A DNA stretch of 64,000 nt from Macrostomum lignano (Eukaryota), in the NCBI GenBank assembly GCA_002269645.1, contig NIVC01002276.1:57651-121650 (forward strand), written 5' to 3'. The notes under the pieces are model-generated. The model saw nothing but the letters and a program-made list of their open reading frames with translations, was not told where the DNA came from and searched no databases. Each line of letters opens with the position of its first letter. Position 1 is the stretch's first letter. A program made the position numbers and the translations under genes. Positions 23,800 to 35,346 of the stretch are shown here, piece after piece.

Positions 23800-24870
23800 T
23801 GTTCAGTTCTGTGCGCCGTTCCCTGCGCAGTTCTGTACACTCCGTTTGTTCAGTTCTGTACGCTCCGTTTGTTCAGTTCTGTACGCTCTGTTCTCTACGC
23901 ACTTCTGTACACTCCGTTTGTTCTGTTCTGTACACTCTGTTCTCTACGCACTTCTGTACACTCCGTTTGTTCAGTTCTGTACGCTCTGTTCTCTACGCAG
24001 TTCTGTACACTCCGTTTGTTCAGTTCTGTACGCTCCGTTTGTTCAGTTCTGTACGCTCTGTTCTCTACGCAGTTCTGTACACTCCGTTTGTTCAGTTCTG
24101 TACGCTCCGTTTGTTCAGTTCTGTACGCTCTGTTCTCTACGCAGTTCTGTACACTCCGTTTGTTCAGTTCTGTACGCTCTGTTCTCTACGCAGTTCTGTA
24201 CACCCCGTTTGTTCTGTTCTGTACGCTCTGTTCTCTACGCAGTTCTGTACACTCCGTTTGTTCTGTTCTGTACGCTCTGTTCTCTACGCAGTTCTGTACA
24301 CTCCGTTTGTTCTGTTCTGTACGCTCTGTTCTCTACGCAGTTATGTACACCCCGTTTGTTCAGTTCTGTACGCTCTGTTCTCTACGCAGTTCTGTACACT
24401 CTGTTTGTTCTGTTCTGTACGCTCTGTTCTCTACGCAGTTCTGTACATTCCGTTTGTTCTGTTCTCTACGCAGTTCTGTACACTCCGTTTGTTCTGTTCT
24501 GTACGCTCTGTTCTCTACGCAGTTCTGTACACTCCGTTTGTTCAGTTCTGTACGCTCTGTTCTTTACGCAGTTCTGTACACCTTGTTTGTTCTGTTCTGT
24601 ACACTCCGTTTGTTCTGTTCTGTACGCTCCGTTTGTTCAGTTCTGTACGCTCTGTTCTCTACGCAGTTCTGTACACTCCGTTTGTTCTGTTCTGTACGCT
24701 CCGTTCTCTACGCAGTTCTGTACACTCTGTTTGTTCTGTTCTGTACGCTCTGTTCTCTACGCAGTTCTGTACACCTTGTTTGTTCAGTTCTGTACAGTCT
24801 GTTCTGTACTGTACACTCCGTTTGTTCTGTTCTGTACAGTCTGTTCTGTACTGTACACTCTGCTCTGTAC
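23800..24870. repeat. Mosaic T/C-rich minisatellite (GTTCTGTACACTCCGTTTGTTCA / CGCTCTGTTCTCTACGCA); duplicate at about 33119-34190
   Basis: Composite tandem units, intronic to the CRP gene. Confidence 0.92.
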
Positions 24871-26219
24871 TTTCTTTGAACTTTTTTCGCTACACAATTT
24901 CAAACTAAAATATTTAGTGCGTAGACATGCCTCGTAACCTTGTAACTTTCAAATGCTAGGCTTAGCTTATCTTGTCCATTCAACCAAGAATGTATACTTT
25001 CAATAAATTACTGTTCTTAATTATTGAAAATTGGATACTGATACCAATAAAAGTGTTGATAACATGCCATTAAATTGTCAGACAACGGTATCTGTTAAGC
25101 GTATTATCTTCAGAGTATAGAATTTGCTGATAATATAGGTTCTCACCAATACGAGCTACACCAACTATCACTTGACTAAGCTTAAGCTATAAGATAGCTT
25201 TTTAAAACGAAAAAATGCCTATTAAAATCATGCGTTTAGTAGCAATTATATCGCAGAGCATCCACCACCTGTTAGATTATACATTTATACTAATTAATAA
25301 AAACAATACAGCAAAGAAATTAGCGCTACTAGCATAAAAATTAAACACTGATTAAAAAGTATTGATTTATTTCATCACTTAATAATCACTCTGCACATGT
25401 ACACCACAATAAACGCAGTCTCATTGTTTAGACTTCATCGCTTCTTCTCCCTTATAACTTACTTCAACCGTCGATGCCAAAATTCCAATTCAGGCTCCAG
25501 CACAGTTCTGACGCTAAAGTACATACAAAAAAGTAACAAAAAAGTTTAATAATTAGCACTCTAGAAAATGAATATTTCTACTCATAAGTAGTATTGTGGG
25601 AATGGTATGTTGAAAATAGATTATCCGAATAATTTTTTAAAATACGGATTTTAAATAGAATACAGGTGTGTATAGGGGACTGTTTGACTATACTAAAATG
25701 CAAGAAAAACAGAGAAGAACTAAAAGACTTCAGATCGAGAGAAAGCGCGCCCATTACACAGGGCGGGTTCCGGGATTAAATGGGTATAATATATTAAGGG
25801 CGTGGCCTAATCTCAAACTGCCACGCCCAACAAAGTAAATCTATCCAGACTAATTATGATTATTACTGGTGGCCACTTTCGCAGTCAAGGCCATACAGCT
25901 GCGTCAATAATCTATTAGTTTCCTTTATGTAGCTTTTCTTAAGGGAAACACGATACTTTTACATACGCTTGAATAGACAATGAAATGAGGTTAACAATTT
26001 GTGCTTGTTCAAAATACAGAATGGAAATCATACATGCGCAACTGCTGGCCGACCTGGCCGATCCGGCCACCGTAAATCGTGGCTGACCAGAGGTAAGTCG
26101 CAAAATTGAGTCAACCAAAAACAGAAAAACACAAGAACCAAGAAAGGCAAGAGGAAAGCGAAAGAAAGAGCAGTTCAGGGAAAATGGTGAAGCAAAAGAA
26201 AAACAATTCGCAAAAGAAG

Positions 26220-26930
26220 CAAACTAAGTTGTAAAAATAATCAGGTAAGTCGCAAAAAGGATCAGGTAAGTCGCAACAGGAATCAGGTAAGTCGCAAAAG
26301 GGTTAGGTAAGTCGCAAAAAGGATTAAGTAAGTCCAAAAAGGATTAGGTAAGTCGCAAAAAGGATTAGGTAAGTCGCAAAAAGGATTAGGTAAGTCGCAA
26401 AAAGGATTAGGTAAGTCCCAAAAAGGATTAGGTAAGTCGCAAAAAGATTAGGTAAGTCGCAAAAAGGATTAAGTAAGTCGCAAAAAGGATTAAGTAAGTC
26501 GCAAAAAGATTAGGTAAGTCGCAAAAGGATTAAGTAAGTCGCAAAAAGGATTAAGTAAGTTGCAAAAAGGATTAGGTAAGTCGCAAAAGGGTTAGGTAAG
26601 TCGCAAAAGGATTAGGTAAGTCGCAAAAAGGATTAGGTAAGTCGCAAAAAGGATTAGGTAAGTCACAAAGGGTTAGGTAAGTCGCAAAAGGATTAAGTAA
26701 GTCGCAAAAAGGATTAAGTAAGTCGCAAAAAGGATTAGGTAAGTCGCAAAAGGGTTAGGTAAGTCGCAAAAGGATTAGGTAAGTTGCAAAAAGGATTAAG
26801 TAAGTCGCAAAAAGGATTAGGTAAGTCGCAAAAGGGTTAGGTAAGTCGCAAAAGGATTAGGTAAGTTGCAAAAAGGATTAAGTAAGTCGCAAAAAGGATT
26901 AGGTAAGTCGCAAAAAGAAGCAACTAAGTC
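26220..26930. repeat. About 21-bp minisatellite (AGGTAAGTCGCAAAAAGGATT)
   Basis: About 33 units, in the spacer between the two duplication copies. Confidence 0.93.
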
Positions 26931-27092
26931 GCAAAGAGAGGGAAGTAAGTCACAATCAGAGGCAATCAGGGGGTAGTAGGTGCAAGTGTGGCAAGAGAGC
27001 AAAAACAGAATAGAAGCCTTCAACCACAGGCAAGATCTTTGAAATCAGAAGCCCGCGTCAACAGTTTCCCATTGATTTCTTAAACTCTGGAG

Positions 27093-27140
27093 CAGGGGTT
27101 GGCAAACTCTGGCTCGCGAAGCCCCTCTATCTGGCCCTCG
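27093..27140 (+). mobile_element. Possible hAT-type transposon terminus remnant
   Basis: CAGGGGTTGGCAAACT...GGCTCGCG resembles hAT/Charlie termini; no partner TIR found. Confidence 0.3.
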
Positions 27141-27918
27141 CTCCTCGGGTTCTTTGAAACTTCCTAACTACGAATAGCAAGGTTGGTGTCTCTTCAACTC
27201 TCATCTCTCTCTTCTTCTCTACCTTGCCTCCCCTCTTCTCTCTCTCCCCCCTTTTCCCTCTTCTCCTCTCATTTTTACTCTCCTCTCTTCTCCCCCTTTC
27301 TCTCTACCCTTTTTCCTCAATGCCCTCTTCTCTCCTCTTATCTTCAGCAAAAATATGTGCATATTTTCTTACTTCAAAGTAGAGGGAATAGAAGATTAGA
27401 GATAAGCAAACAGAGGAGAGGCGAGCGATGCGATGGGAGAAAAGATAGAAGAGGAGAGAAAAGCTGAGGGAGGAAAAAGAGATGAGAGAGAAGAGGAGAT
27501 GAGAGAAAAGAGGAAAGAAAAGATGATAGATGAGATCAGAAGAGAGGAAAGAGGAAAGAGGAGAGAGTAGATGAGAGAAGAGAGGATAAAGAGGAGATGA
27601 GAGGAGAGTGAAGAGAGGAGAGATAATGAGAGAGTAGAGTGGAGAGAGACGAGAGGGAAGATAAGATGAGAGAGTAGAGTGGAATGGAGAGAGACGAGAG
27701 GAGAGATAAGAATGTAGAGAGGAGACAGAAGAGATAGGAGAGGAGAGGAAAGAGAGAAGGGATAAGGGATGAGAGAGAAAAGAAAAAGAGGATGAGAAGA
27801 TTAAGGAATGGAGAGAATTTGCAAAGGCCTCAAATCTTAGTTTAACATGCATTACTCCCATCTTTGCCTTTTTCCTAACTGTTAACAAGTTTTTGTTTGA
27901 GCATGACTTCAAATTTTG

Positions 27919-30900
27919 GTTTTGGTCGCTTTCTCGCCTTCGACGAGAATACATTTTTGCTTAATAAATGCATAGGAATCGTTCAACACTGGAATTTTCA
28001 AGACTTCTCTCTTTTGGGACTGGATGATGAGCGCCGCGCCGTGCGGGAGCCCGCGTGACGCTCTGACCCCGGCATTCCGGCAAGCATCTGCGCTGTGTAC
28101 AGACAGCATGGTTGAGACTGATCGGCGAGTGACCTACAGTACAAATATGAATATAGCAGTATGATCCGAGAACATGCGACAGTTGATCATGTAAATTTTC
28201 AGACACGAATTCGCAAGTCAATTTATGTCTGTCAAACTGTGGAAGTCGAATTGAGGCTATCAAATTGAGGCTGTCAAATTGGGACAGTAAAATTGTGGCT
28301 GTCAAATTGAGGCTGTCAAATTGTGCCTGTCAAATTGGGATTAGTCAAATTGTGGCTGTCAAATTCGGGCTATTGAATTGTGGCTGTCAAATTGGGACAG
28401 TCAAATTGTGGCTGTCAAATTGAGACTGTCAAATTGTGGCTGTCAAATTGTGGCTGTCAAATTGAGGCTGTCAAATTGTGGCTGTCAAATTGGCACAGTC
28501 AAATTGTGGCTGTCAAATTGTGGCTGTCAAATTGTGGCTGTCAAACTGGGACAGTCAAATTGTGGCTGTCAAATTGTGGCTGTCAAACTGGGACAGTCAA
28601 ATTGTGGCTGTCAAATTGTGGCTGTCAAACTGGGACAGTCAAATTGTGGCTGCCAAATTGTGGCTGTCAAACTGGGACAGTCAAATTGTGGCTGCCAAAT
28701 TGTGGCTGTCAAATTGGCACAGTCAAATTGTGGCTGTCAAACTGGGACAGTCAAATTGTGACTGTCAAATTGGGACAATAAAATTGTGGCTGTCAAATTG
28801 TGGCTGTCAAATTCGGGCTATTGAATTGTGGCTGTCAAATTGGGACAGTCAAATTGTGGCTGTCAAAGCGAGGCTGTCAAATTGGGGCTGTCAAATTGAG
28901 GCTGTTCCAGAATTTCATGTCGCATAAAATTGCGATTGCAATTAGATTCACTACTTAAAGAAAAGCTTGTCCCCAATTAACTCATGACAAGTGTCTCATA
29001 TCTTGTACTTATTTTGCTAAGTGCTAACACTCTCATCCTCCATTAAAATTGGCTTCACTTGGATACAAAGGTTGGCTACAATACAAAAATGTCCATTCGA
29101 TCTACTGGGGCTGCGTGGGTGGTAGTTAATCGTGTTGCATTACCGACCGAAGCCACTTCAAAACACTTTACTACAAAGTTAGAACCGGTTGAAGGTAAAA
29201 GTTCTCAGACACGCCCACGCAAGGTTTGTCTTGTTGCTAAATATACCAGCACACAGTTTGCACAAGTGCTAATCTGTTAATGCGATGCATTACAAGCTAG
29301 AAGCAAACAGGTTTTGGAGTTTCCAAATTCGATATTTTTGGCAGTGTTTAATCAGTTTGCACTGAATTATTCAACCAGTTGACAATAAGAAAATGGAAGC
29401 TCAACTATAATAAGAGTACCTGAAATCGGAGAATAAACGAAGCCAGGTGAATTGTAGTGAAAATAAAGAGAGTGAGGTGAATTGTAGGGAGAATGAAGGG
29501 AGTGGAGTGAATTGTAGGGAGAATGAAGGGAGTGGAGTGAATTGTAGGGAGAATGAAGGGAGCAAAGTGAATTTTTGGGAGAATGAAGGGAGAAAAGTGA
29601 ACTGTAGGGAGAATGAAGGGAGTGGAGTGAATTGTAGGGAAAAAGAAGGGAGCAAAGTGAATTTTTGGGAGAATGAAGGGAGAAAAGTGAATTGTAGGCA
29701 GAATGAAGGGAGTGGAGTGAATTGTAGGGAGAATGGAGTGAAAAAATTGTAGGGAGAATAAAGGGAGCAAGTGAATTGTAGGGAGAATGAAGGGAGTTCA
29801 GTGAATTGTAGGGAGAATGAAGGGAGCGAGGTGAATTGTAGGGAGAATGAAGGGAGCGAGGTGAATTGTAGGGAGAATGAAGGGAGCGAAGTGAATTGTA
29901 GGGAGAATGAAGGGAGTGGAGTGAATTGTAGGGAGAATGAAGGGAGCAAAGTGAATTTTAGGGAGAATGAAGGGAGCAAAGTGAATTGTAGCGAGAATGA
30001 AGGGAGTGGAGTGAATTGTAGGGAGAATGGAGTGAAGTAAATTGTAGGGAGAATGAAGTGAACAAGTGAATTGTAGGGATAATGAAGGGAGCGAAGTGAA
30101 TTGTAGGGAAAGTACAATGCAGGAAGTTATAACAGTGCCTTAGAACATAGTCAATATGTAGTTATACCGGTAGAGGTGCTTAATCTAAAAATTAAGTGAT
30201 TTTAAATTCCTGGCTGTGAACACAGATACAGCAACCAGTTTTAACTGATTAATGGTAAAAAATCAAGCCATAGAAAAAAGAGCAAAAAAGTAAAGTGCAC
30301 TAAATTATGTGCTTGTTTGTAACATATTTGGAGGCTTTATATTAAAAAATAAAGGATACAAAAGAATGACTTAAATAAGGACAGAATGTTCCGCCTAACT
30401 GACAAGAGAAAGTCAAATTTGAATTGCAAAATTTATAAAAAAAACTAGCTATTTATAAACATTAAAATCGTCCCTATAAATCAGTGACACCTGACACCAG
30501 TGACACCTGAAATCAGTGACACCAGTGACACCTGACACCAGTGACACCTGACACCAGTGACAACTGACATCAGTGACACCTGACATCAGTGACACCTGAC
30601 ATCAGTGACACCTGACATCAGTGACACCTGACATCAGTGACACCTGACATCAGTGACACCTGACATCAGTGACACCTGACATCAGTGACACCTGACATCA
30701 GTGACACCTGACATCAGTGACACCTGACATCAGTGACACCTGACATCAGTGACACCTGACATCAGTGACACCTGACATCAGTGACACCTGACATCAGTGA
30801 CACCTGACATCAGTGACACCTGACATCAGTGACACCTGACATCAGTGACACCTGACATCAGTGACACCTGACATCAGTGACACCTGACATCAGTGACACC

Positions 30901-33900
30901 TGACATCAGTGACACCTGACATCAGTGACACCTGACATCAGTGACACCTGACATCAGTGACACCTGACATCAGTGACACCTGACATCAGTGACACCTGAC
31001 ATCAGTGACACCTGAGATCAGTGACAACTGACACTAACAAGCCAGTATTGACTCTTTTGATAAGAGACAGCCAAATCCAATATAAATCCAAAATATGGAA
31101 TTAAACAGTATTCGAGCAGGAATGACGAAACCTTATTATTTAAATTAGTTTAAAAAATTGATAAATTGTTATACAAACTAGAACAGAAGAGACCTGGCAC
31201 TTATTAAAATAAGTCTAGAAAATGGTTAAAACAGGGTACTATTAAAAGTAAAAATTTTTAGCATCAAGCACGATTGACGTAATAAAATAGAATTCGAAGT
31301 CTCTGTTACATAAAAATAATAGAAATGAAAATAGATAAAAGTATTAAATTAATATTACAATGCAAATAATTAAAACGACTAATAATGCAAAACGGAAACA
31401 ACAATAAGTTGATGCATTGGATAAAAAATACAACTATGCGCTAAATAGGCTACTGAAAAGTAGAAAAATAATTAATTATCTGTTTATCAGCTGCTAGATA
31501 AAAGTAAATATCGGCTATCAATATAAAAGTGCCGTGAATTACTTTTTACTGATTAGAAAGTTTCAAAACAACAGGGTAAGTAAAAAAAACTTTGTGCTAA
31601 TTTTATTTTTGAAGTTTTTTTCCGAGGGGATCAAATGGATAATTCCATTAAAATTCTGCTAAAAGTCCAAAAATGAAGTTATGTAGCCAGAATGCTTGCT
31701 TTAAAATTCTTTACTTAATTGTCTTTAAATTGGCTTTATTGTCTATGGCCGAGTGCAGTTCTGTGGCAGTGGCTTTGATTGTTTTTATTGTCTATGGCCG
31801 AGTGCAGTTCTGTGGCAGTGGCTTTGATTGTTTTTATTGTCTATGGCCGAGTGCAGTTCTGTGGCAGTGGCTTTGATTGTTTTTATTGTCTATGGCCGAG
31901 TGCAGTTCTGTGGCAGTGGCTTTGATTGTTTTTATTGTCTATGGCCGAGTGCAGTTCTGTGGCAGTGGCTTTGATTGTTTTTATTGTCTATGGCCGAGTG
32001 CAGTTCTGTGGCAGTGGCTTTGATTGTTTTTATTGTCTATGGCCGAGTGCAGTTCTGTGGCAGTGGCTTTGATTGTTTTTATTGTCTATGGCCGAGTGCA
32101 GTTCTGTGGCAGTGGCTTTGATTGTTTTTATTGTCTATGGCCGAGTGCAGTTCTGTGGCAGTGGCTTTGATTGTTTTCATTGTCTATGGCCGAGTGCAGT
32201 TCTGTGGCAGTGGCTTTGATTGTTTTTATTGTCTATGGCCGAGTGCAGTTCTGTGGCAGTGGCTTTGATTGATTGGCTTTATTGTCTATGGCCGAGAGCA
32301 GTTCCGTGGCAGTGGCTTTGATTGTTTTTATTGTCTATGGCCGAGTGCAGTTCTGTGGCAGTGGCTTTGATTGATTGGCTTTATTGTCTATGGCCGAGAG
32401 CAGTTCCGTGGCAGTGGCTTTGATTGGCTCGGTTGTTAATGACTTACTTACACTAGGCAACATAATGGTGACTGTTTACTAGAAACTACTTTAAAATCGT
32501 CCAAAACTATATGCATTTCATAGAATTTATGATAATTAAATATATAATATTAGGTGTCATTAAAACTATGTCAAGACAACAAAAACATAATATAAAATTA
32601 ATAAAAAAAACCAAGTAGTCAAAAAAGATGCACAGAGGTCGTGGCCACGGCTATTTAACGAGGGATATAAATGGTTTAATGCACAAATAGTGCCACTCAG
32701 TCTATTATTGTATCTTTGGTGTCTGAGCACAGGTCTCAAACCAGCTCAGGACACGTGCATTGAGCTGCCAGCCACAAAGCCCTTAGTCCCGTAGCTCCTA
32801 GCATAGCAGCCGCGGCAGTAGACTTCGCCTTTGTGCTCGGACTCTCCGCCGGCTTCAAGCGGCTTGCCGCAGTCGGCGCACTTGAAGCAGCTTCGATGAA
32901 ACACCCGGCCGCTGGCTTGCACGCGCTCGTTAAAGTACACGGTTGACTGGCAGCGGCTGCACTTTTCTCCGCCGCCGCCGAATTTGGCGGATAGAGCGGC
33001 GACGGAGGCTCCTCCAGCAGATGCCGATTGCTCCTGCTGCTGGCCTCTGATTCGAAAATGGTGACACAGGGATGGAAATCTATTTAAGATGTAAGATAAT
33101 CGTATTTTCTGCAAGCACTGTTCAGTTCTGTGCGCCGTTCCCTGCGCAGTTCTGTACACTCCGTTTGTTCAGTTCTGTACGCTCCGTTTGTTCAGTTCTG
33201 TACGCTCTGTTCTCTACGCACTTCTGTACACTCCGTTTGTTCTGTTCTGTACACTCTGTTCTCTACGCACTTCTGTACACTCCGTTTGTTCAGTTCTGTA
33301 CGCTCTGTTCTCTACGCAGTTCTGTACACTCCGTTTGTTCAGTTCTGTACGCTCCGTTTGTTCAGTTCTGTACGCTCTGTTCTCTACGCAGTTCTGTACA
33401 CTCCGTTTGTTCAGTTCTGTACGCTCCGTTTGTTCAGTTCTGTACGCTCTGTTCTCTACGCAGTTCTGTACACTCCGTTTGTTCAGTTCTGTACGCTCTG
33501 TTCTCTACGCAGTTCTGTACACCCCGTTTGTTCTGTTCTGTACGCTCTGTTCTCTACGCAGTTCTGTACACTCCGTTTGTTCTGTTCTGTACGCTCTGTT
33601 CTCTACGCAGTTCTGTACACTCCGTTTGTTCTGTTCTGTACGCTCTGTTCTCTACGCAGTTATGTACACCCCGTTTGTTCAGTTCTGTACGCTCTGTTCT
33701 CTACGCAGTTCTGTACACTCTGTTTGTTCTGTTCTGTACGCTCTGTTCTCTACGCAGTTCTGTACATTCCGTTTGTTCTGTTCTCTACGCAGTTCTGTAC
33801 ACTCCGTTTGTTCTGTTCTGTACGCTCTGTTCTCTACGCAGTTCTGTACACTCCGTTTGTTCAGTTCTGTACGCTCTGTTCTTTACGCAGTTCTGTACAC

Positions 33901-35346
33901 CTTGTTTGTTCTGTTCTGTACACTCCGTTTGTTCTGTTCTGTACGCTCCGTTTGTTCAGTTCTGTACGCTCTGTTCTCTACGCAGTTCTGTACACTCCGT
34001 TTGTTCTGTTCTGTACGCTCCGTTCTCTACGCAGTTCTGTACACTCTGTTTGTTCTGTTCTGTACGCTCTGTTCTCTACGCAGTTCTGTACACCTTGTTT
34101 GTTCAGTTCTGTACAGTCTGTTCTGTACTGTACACTCCGTTTGTTCTGTTCTGTACAGTCTGTTCTGTACTGTACACTCTGCTCTGTACTTTCTTTGAAC
34201 TTTTTTCGCTACACAATTTCAAACTAAAATATTTAGTGCGTAGACATGCCTCGTAACCTTGTAACTTTCAAATGCTAGGCTTAGCTTATCTTGTCCATTC
34301 AACCAAGAATGTATACTTTCAATAAATTACTGTTCTTAATTATTGAAAATTGGATACTGATACCAATAAAAGTGTTGATAACATGCCATTAAATTGTCAG
34401 ACAACGGTATCTGTTAAGCGTATTATCTTCAGAGTATAGAATTTGCTGATAATATAGGTTCTCACCAATACGAGCTACACCAACTATCACTTGACTAAGC
34501 TTAAGCTATAAGATAGCTTTTTAAAACGAAAAAATGCCTATTAAAATCATGCGTTTAGTAGCAATTATATCGCAGAGCATCCACCACCTGTTAGATTATA
34601 CATTTATACTAATTAATAAAAACAATACAGCAAAGAAATTAGCGCTACTAGCATAAAAATTAAACACTGATTAAAAAGTATTGATTTATTTCATCACTTA
34701 ATAATCACTCTGCACATGTACACCACAATAAACGCAGTCTCATTGTTTAGACTTCATCGCTTCTTCTCCCTTATAACTTACTTCAACCGTCGATGCCAAA
34801 ATTCCAATTCAGGCTCCAGCACAGTTCTGACGCTAAAGTACATACAAAAAAGTAACAAAAAAGTTTAATAATTAGCACTCTAGAAAATGAATATTTCTAC
34901 TCATAAGTAGTATTGTGGGAATGGTATGTTGAAAATAGATTATCCGAATAATTTTTTAAAATACGGATTTTAAATAGAATACAGGTGTGTATAGGGGACT
35001 GTTTGACTATACTAAAATGCAAGAAAAACAGAGAAGAACTAAAAGACTTCAGATCGAGAGAAAGCGCGCCCATTACACAGGGCGGGTTCCGGGATTAAAT
35101 GGGTATAATATATTAAGGGCGTGGCCTAATCTCAAACTGCCACGCCCAACAAAGTAAATCTATCCAGACTAATTATGATTATTACTGGTGGCCACTTTCG
35201 CAGTCAAGGCCATACAGCTGCGTCAATAATCTATTAGTTTCCTTTATGTAGCTTTTCTTAAGGGAAACACGATACTTTTACATACGCTTGAATAGACAAT
35301 GAAATGAGGTTAACAATTTGTGCTTGTTCAAAATACAGAATGGAAA
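27919..35346 (+). repeat. Segmental duplication copy 2 (7428 bp)
   Basis: The only differences from copy 1 that I noticed are a 1-bp indel (GATCCCGAG vs GATCCGAG) and minisatellite copy numbers. Confidence 0.95.

Larger units (their letters stand above)
18778..26027 (+). repeat. Segmental duplication copy 1 (7250 bp)
   Basis: Matches 27919-35346; ORF-track offsets 9140, 9172 and 9319. Confidence 0.95.

Noticed and set aside
25798-25828. GGGCGTGGC...GCCACGCCC inverted GC boxes
   Set aside because: Short motif with no supporting transcription evidence.
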